A stretch of 40,458 nucleotides of DNA. Source: an uncultured Candidatus Bathyarchaeia archaeon (GTDB lineage Archaea; Thermoproteota; Bathyarchaeia; TCS64). The first letter of the stretch is position 1. Every line of letters begins with the position of its first letter. A program made the position numbers and the translations under genes. The DNA lies in NCBI GenBank assembly GCA_964537625.1, contig CAZIAF010000002.1:2406-42863 (forward strand), written 5' to 3'. The notes under the pieces were generated by a model. It did no database searches and was not told the DNA's origin. It saw only the letters and a list, made by a program, of their open reading frames with translations. Positions 36,968-40,458 of the stretch are shown here, in pieces.

Positions 36968-37444
36968 GTGTCAAGGGAATTCAACTATATAGTTAGGCTT
37001 CACGGAACCAACTTGGATGGTACCAAGGCAGTCCCATATGCCATATCCGATATCAAGGGCATGGGAATCCGTATGGCCTTATCCTTGACCAAGGCGGTTG
37101 GCGTAGATCCGACCCATAGGTTGGGGAGCCTCTCCGACGCCGAGGTAAAGCGTCTGGAGGAAGCACTTGCGAATCCCATTAGTGTGGGACTTCCCAAGTG
37201 GATGCTCAATCACAGGAAGGATCCCATGACAGGTGGTGATCACCACCTACTCGCCTCCGACCTTGATCTAAGGACCAAGGATGAGATCGACCTCATGAAG
37301 GAGACTCGAAGCTGGAAAGGAGAACGTCATGTCCGCGGCATCAAAGTCCGTGGCCAGCACACCAAGACCACTGCCCGTAAAGGCAGAAGCGTAGGTGTAA
37401 CCAAGAAACAGATCCAGCAAGCATCCCAGCAGAAGGAGCAGTGA
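36968..37444 (+). CDS. rps13: 30S ribosomal protein uS13
   Basis: EFNYIVRLHGTNLDGTKAVPYAISDIKGMG. I prefer GTG 36968, with GGGAG 9-13 nt upstream. The ATG at 36932 lies inside the TATA-like repeat. Confidence 0.9.
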   Translation: MSREFNYIVRLHGTNLDGTKAVPYAISDIKGMGIRMALSLTKAVGVDPTHRLGSLSDAEVKRLEEALANPISVGLPKWMLNHRKDPMTGGDHHLLASDLDLRTKDEIDLMKETRSWKGERHVRGIKVRGQHTKTTARKGRSVGVTKKQIQQASQQKEQ

Positions 37445-37451
37445 ATAATGA

Positions 37452-38003
37452 ATGGGAGATCCTAAGAAGAAGCATAAAATGTATACAACGCCGCGCGTTC
37501 CCTACAATACCGAGATGTTCATGGAGGAGCTTAAGCTCTTGGGTGCTTATGGCCTCCGTAACAAGCGAGAACTCTGGCGTGCCAGGACCGAACTTAGTAC
37601 CCTTCGTAGGCGCGCTAGGGAGCTTTTAGCTCACACAGCGACGGAGCGCGAAAAACAGGAAAAGGAGCTCATAGGCAAACTCTACAAGATGGGGCTCGTA
37701 CAGAGTAATGGTACCTTAGACGATATCCTCACCTTAAGTATCGAGGATCTTATGGAGCGAAGGCTTCAAACATTCATTTTCAGGAAGGGTCTGGCTAAGA
37801 GCCTCTGGCAAGCGCGTCAACTCATCACCCACGGTCATGTAAGTATTGGTGGTAACGAGGTCAAAGCTCCAAGCTACCACGTCACCATCAATGACGAGAA
37901 AAAGCTCGACTACACCGATGTAAGTCCATATAGTAACAAGGACCACCCTCTCCGCCGTGAAATGGCGGTGAACGAGGCAGCTGGAGGAAGAAAAGTTGAG
38001 TAG
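37452..38003 (+). CDS. rps4: 30S ribosomal protein uS4
   Basis: [19 protein letters not shown]. An S4 RNA-binding domain is present ([27 protein letters not shown]). Confidence 0.93.
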   Translation: MGDPKKKHKMYTTPRVPYNTEMFMEELKLLGAYGLRNKRELWRARTELSTLRRRARELLAHTATEREKQEKELIGKLYKMGLVQSNGTLDDILTLSIEDLMERRLQTFIFRKGLAKSLWQARQLITHGHVSIGGNEVKAPSYHVTINDEKKLDYTDVSPYSNKDHPLRREMAVNEAAGGRKVE

Positions 38004-38409
38004 CGAAACGACAACTCCGCCTGCAGGGGATAAATGGGCAATAGTGCATGTCCTGAGTAGTTTTAACAACACAATCATTCACATGACTGACCTCACTGGC
38101 GCCGAGACATTTGGCTTTGCTACTGGTGGCATGTTCGTCAAGGCTGACAGGCTCAAGCCGAGCCCATACGCTGCAATGAAGGCCGCCCAGCAGATAGCTG
38201 ATTGGGGCCGCGACAAAGGCATCACCGGTATCCACATCAAGGTACGTGCCCCTGGAGGCACTGGATCCAAGACCCCCGGTCCCGGAGCACAAGCTGCGAT
38301 CCGTATACTCGCCCGCAGCGGCTTCAGAATTGGGCGTATCGAAGAGGTTACACCAGTCCCTCATGATGGCACACGCAAACCCGGAGGCCGCAGAGGCAGA
38401 AGGCCATAA
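37996..38409 (+). CDS. rps11: 30S ribosomal protein uS11
   Basis: [23 protein letters not shown]. The TTG start overlaps the uS4 end by 8 nt, with GGAGG upstream. Confidence 0.93.
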   Translation: MSSETTTPPAGDKWAIVHVLSSFNNTIIHMTDLTGAETFGFATGGMFVKADRLKPSPYAAMKAAQQIADWGRDKGITGIHIKVRAPGGTGSKTPGPGAQAAIRILARSGFRIGRIEEVTPVPHDGTRKPGGRRGRRP

Positions 38410-38424
38410 TCCGAGGGTGCTGCA

Positions 38425-39363
38425 TTGAAATTAACGGTGCTTAGCCTGAATGAGGACACCATAAAGTTTAGCGTAGAAGGCGTCGATAACGCCTTCGTCA
38501 ACGCCCTTCGCCGAACTATGATCACAGACGTCCCAAGTATGGCTATAGAGGACATCTTCTACTACGACAACACCAGCGTCGTTCCAGACGAGATACTCGC
38601 CCACAGGATTGGACTCATGCCCATAAAGACGGATTTGGAACATTACAAACTTCCCTCAGAGTGCGACTGTAACGCCGAATTAGGATGCCCGAAATGCAGA
38701 GTCACACTCAGCCTTAACATGAAGGCGGGAGATGAGAACAAGACCGTTTACTCTGGCGATTTCGAATCCGTTGACCCAGCGGTTACGCCGGTGAACTCAT
38801 ACATTCCATTAGCTAAACTCGCACCGGGACAATCGATCAGCCTTGAGGCCTATGCCCAGCTCGGTAAAGGCCGATTCCACACCAAATGGACCCCAGTCTC
38901 CATGGTCATCTTTCATAACATTGCAGAGATAAAGACTGACACCGAGACCGCATCAAAATGCCTCGAGGAGTGCCCAAAGGGAGTAATACTTTCTAAAAAG
39001 GACACAATCAAAGTCATAGATATTCAGGCCTTCAATCGAAGCAGCGCCTGCCAGAACCTCCTCAATGATGGATCCATTAAGCAGTACATGAAGAGCGACG
39101 AGTTTGTTTTCACAGTCGAATCAACGGGCTCCCTCAGCCCAGAGAGGATAGTAACCGAGGCCGTCAAAGTTCTCAATACCAAGCTTGAGGAGCTGAAGCG
39201 GAAGGTGAATGCAGGGGAGCTCCACGAGGAGATCGAAGACTTCGAAGCCCCCACAGAAGTGGGCCGCCGGCTGTATTCTATAGGTTCGGGTGACGCCGAC
39301 GAAGAGGAAGAGGGAGAAGAAGGAGCAGGGAGTGAACCAACCTATGATGAACAAGGAACTTGA
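38425..39363 (+). CDS. rpoD: DNA-directed RNA polymerase subunit D (Rpo3) with acidic C-terminal extension
   Basis: FSVEGVDNAFVNALRRTMITDVPSMAIEDI, CDCNAELGCPKC and PGQSISLEAYAQLGKG. The TTG start is obligatory, with GAGGGTG upstream. Confidence 0.9.
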   Translation: MKLTVLSLNEDTIKFSVEGVDNAFVNALRRTMITDVPSMAIEDIFYYDNTSVVPDEILAHRIGLMPIKTDLEHYKLPSECDCNAELGCPKCRVTLSLNMKAGDENKTVYSGDFESVDPAVTPVNSYIPLAKLAPGQSISLEAYAQLGKGRFHTKWTPVSMVIFHNIAEIKTDTETASKCLEECPKGVILSKKDTIKVIDIQAFNRSSACQNLLNDGSIKQYMKSDEFVFTVESTGSLSPERIVTEAVKVLNTKLEELKRKVNAGELHEEIEDFEAPTEVGRRLYSIGSGDADEEEEGEEGAGSEPTYDEQGT

Positions 39364-39691
39364 AAAGACAATAAAGGAACTCAAATCAGCTAAGAGAAAA
39401 ACTGGCCAACCCCTATGGGAGGCCCTAGCTAAGGAGCTCGATAGACCCAAAAGGAACAGGAATGACGTTAACCTAAGCCGCATAAATCGTCACACGGCGA
39501 AAGGTGATATAGCAGCGGTCCCTGGAAAGGTCCTCGCCTCTGGTACCCTTGAGCATCCCGTAACCATCGCAGCTTTCGACTTTAGCGACCTCGCAAAGGT
39601 TAAAATCAAAGCCGCCGGTGGAGAAGTTAAGACCCTCAGTCAACTACTCGTAGAAGGCGTCGATCCCTCAAAGGTCAAGTTAATCAAATAA
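39344..39691 (+). CDS. rpl18e: 50S ribosomal protein eL18 (L18e)
   Basis: LWEALAKELDRPKRNRNDVNLSRINRHTAKGDIAAVPGKVLASG. I prefer ATG 39344, which overlaps the rpoD end by 20 nt. The ORF-track start at 39290 adds a basic extension. Confidence 0.88.
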   Translation: MMNKELEKTIKELKSAKRKTGQPLWEALAKELDRPKRNRNDVNLSRINRHTAKGDIAAVPGKVLASGTLEHPVTIAAFDFSDLAKVKIKAAGGEVKTLSQLLVEGVDPSKVKLIK

Positions 39692-39698
39692 ACTCCAC

Positions 39699-39705
39699 TT
39701 TTTTT
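39699..39705 (+). terminator. Oligo-T tract (7 T) after eL18
   Basis: TAAACTCCAC is followed by TTTTTTT. Confidence 0.4.
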
Positions 39706-39761
39706 ACAGCCACATAGGCTGAAACGTTTAAATTTCGATGTCTGCATGAGTTGAGGCGATT

Positions 39762-39838
39762 GGGTTCGTAGCTCAGCAAGGTAGAGCGGCGGCCTCTTAA
39801 GCCGTTGGCCGAGGGTTCGAATCCCTCCGAACCCGCCA
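39762..39838 (+). tRNA. tRNA-Lys (anticodon CTT), 3' CCA encoded
   Basis: Acceptor GGGTTCG/CGAACCC, D-arm TAGCTCAGCAAGGTAGAGC, anticodon loop CTCTTAA and T-arm GGGTTCGAATCCC. It ends GCCA. Confidence 0.9.
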
Positions 39839-39944
39839 GTATTAATTAAAAGATACACTTCTAAGGCTCGCGCGTGTACTGGAGGAGGCGGTGCTCACGA
39901 AAAAAGCGGCGAACAATTTTGATCTTTCTTTGTGATTGTTCGTC

Positions 39945-40169
39945 TTACTCAGACACGTCCACTATCTTCTTCAGCTCAGGGTCGCTCACAACTAACCGCT
40001 TGGTGAGAAACTTCTTTGACTCGGGGCCCAAGTTATCATAGATCTCCTTAAGCGCATCTCTGCACTCGGGGGTGTTAGCGGTGATCTCAAGGCTCCAAGC
40101 TCTCTCGCCACCAGGCTTGAGGTTGACTGGGCAGGCCTTACTGAGCTTCTCTACGTTTTCTTCACTCAT
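39945..40169 (-). CDS. Hypothetical 74-aa protein
   Basis: The ATG overlaps the stop of the upstream ORF (ATGA). A hairpin and an A-run (T-run on the coding strand) lie just downstream. I do not recognise the family. Confidence 0.45.
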   Translation of the reverse strand: MSEENVEKLSKACPVNLKPGGERAWSLEITANTPECRDALKEIYDNLGPESKKFLTKRLVVSDPELKKIVDVSE

Positions 40170-40458
40170 ATCTCGTTCTCCGCTTTGAGGGCTTCGACGT
40201 CCTCAAGCAACCGTGAAACAACGCCCGCTATAAATCCTTCCCTGGACTCGTCACTGTGGTCAAATACAAAAGCTGTGCGATTCTCGATATCCTCAATAAC
40301 ATTGTCTAGGATCTCATTCGCATTTTCTATACTGGTCTCCATCTCCTCTAACTCTTTTACAAGATTAGATCTCGAGGATTCGGCATTTGATATACGCGTT
40401 TGAAAATTACTTACTTTATCTTGTAGAGAGTTCACCTTAACTTGTAAATCGTTCGCCT
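40166..40458 (-). CDS. Hypothetical coiled-coil protein (possibly 5'-truncated by the window edge)
   Basis: Heptad-like acidic sequence LVKELEEMETSIENANEILDNVIEDIE. The frame stays open to the window end, so the GTG at 40435 may not be the true start. Confidence 0.4.
   Translation of the reverse strand, partial: ANDLQVKVNSLQDKVSNFQTRISNAESSRSNLVKELEEMETSIENANEILDNVIEDIENRTAFVFDHSDESREGFIAGVVSRLLEDVEALKAENEI

Noticed and set aside
39290-39343. Basic 18-aa extension (MTPTKRKREKKEQGVNQP) of eL18
   Set aside because: It is encoded by the purine-rich tract that encodes the RpoD acidic tail in another frame. The conserved eL18 sequence begins at ATG 39344. I cannot exclude it completely.

Overview
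This is a densely coded 40.5-kb archaeal chromosome segment with about 45 protein genes and 3 tRNA genes. I saw no rRNA, CRISPR array, transposase or integrase.

Housekeeping genes dominate:
- Elf1-like zinc ribbon, GGGP synthase, DNA polymerase D large subunit (DP2) and Sec61-beta.
- A four-OB-fold RPA, TrpRS, Taw1 and RsmA/KsgA.
- A uS13-uS4-uS11-RpoD-eL18 cluster.

Metabolic genes suggest anaerobic peptide or amino-acid use:
- A three-gene 2-oxoacid:ferredoxin oxidoreductase, a class-III aminotransferase and M28 and M32 peptidases.
- Two amidohydrolases and an MFS transporter.

Elf1 together with PolD suggests a non-crenarchaeal TACK-type archaeon (Bathyarchaeia-like). This is inference only.

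Many genes use TTG or GTG starts preceded by GGAGG/GAGGT-type Shine-Dalgarno motifs. All three tRNA genes encode their 3' CCA.

The most unusual region is 23.46-27.03 kb:
- A strikingly AT-rich gene encodes a protein that looks like Pelota/aRF1 without its N-terminal domain.
- It sits convergent to a translationally coupled MoxR-type AAA+ and VWA/MIDAS gene pair. The MoxR Walker B motif reads AHE instead of ADE.
- A 378-bp extremely AT-rich spacer follows.
- I flag this as a candidate undescribed ribosome-directed module, for remodelling or conflict. Function is inferred only.

Secondary candidates:
- A tRNA-Pro - M28B peptidase - radical SAM/SPASM operon with no visible precursor peptide.
- A divergent SWIM zinc-finger and metallophosphoesterase pair beside RPA.
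- A GH3-like adenylating enzyme that ends at the hinge.
- An RpoD with an Rpb3-like zinc loop and an acidic tail.

All calls come from reading the translated ORFs and the DNA by eye. No searches were run.
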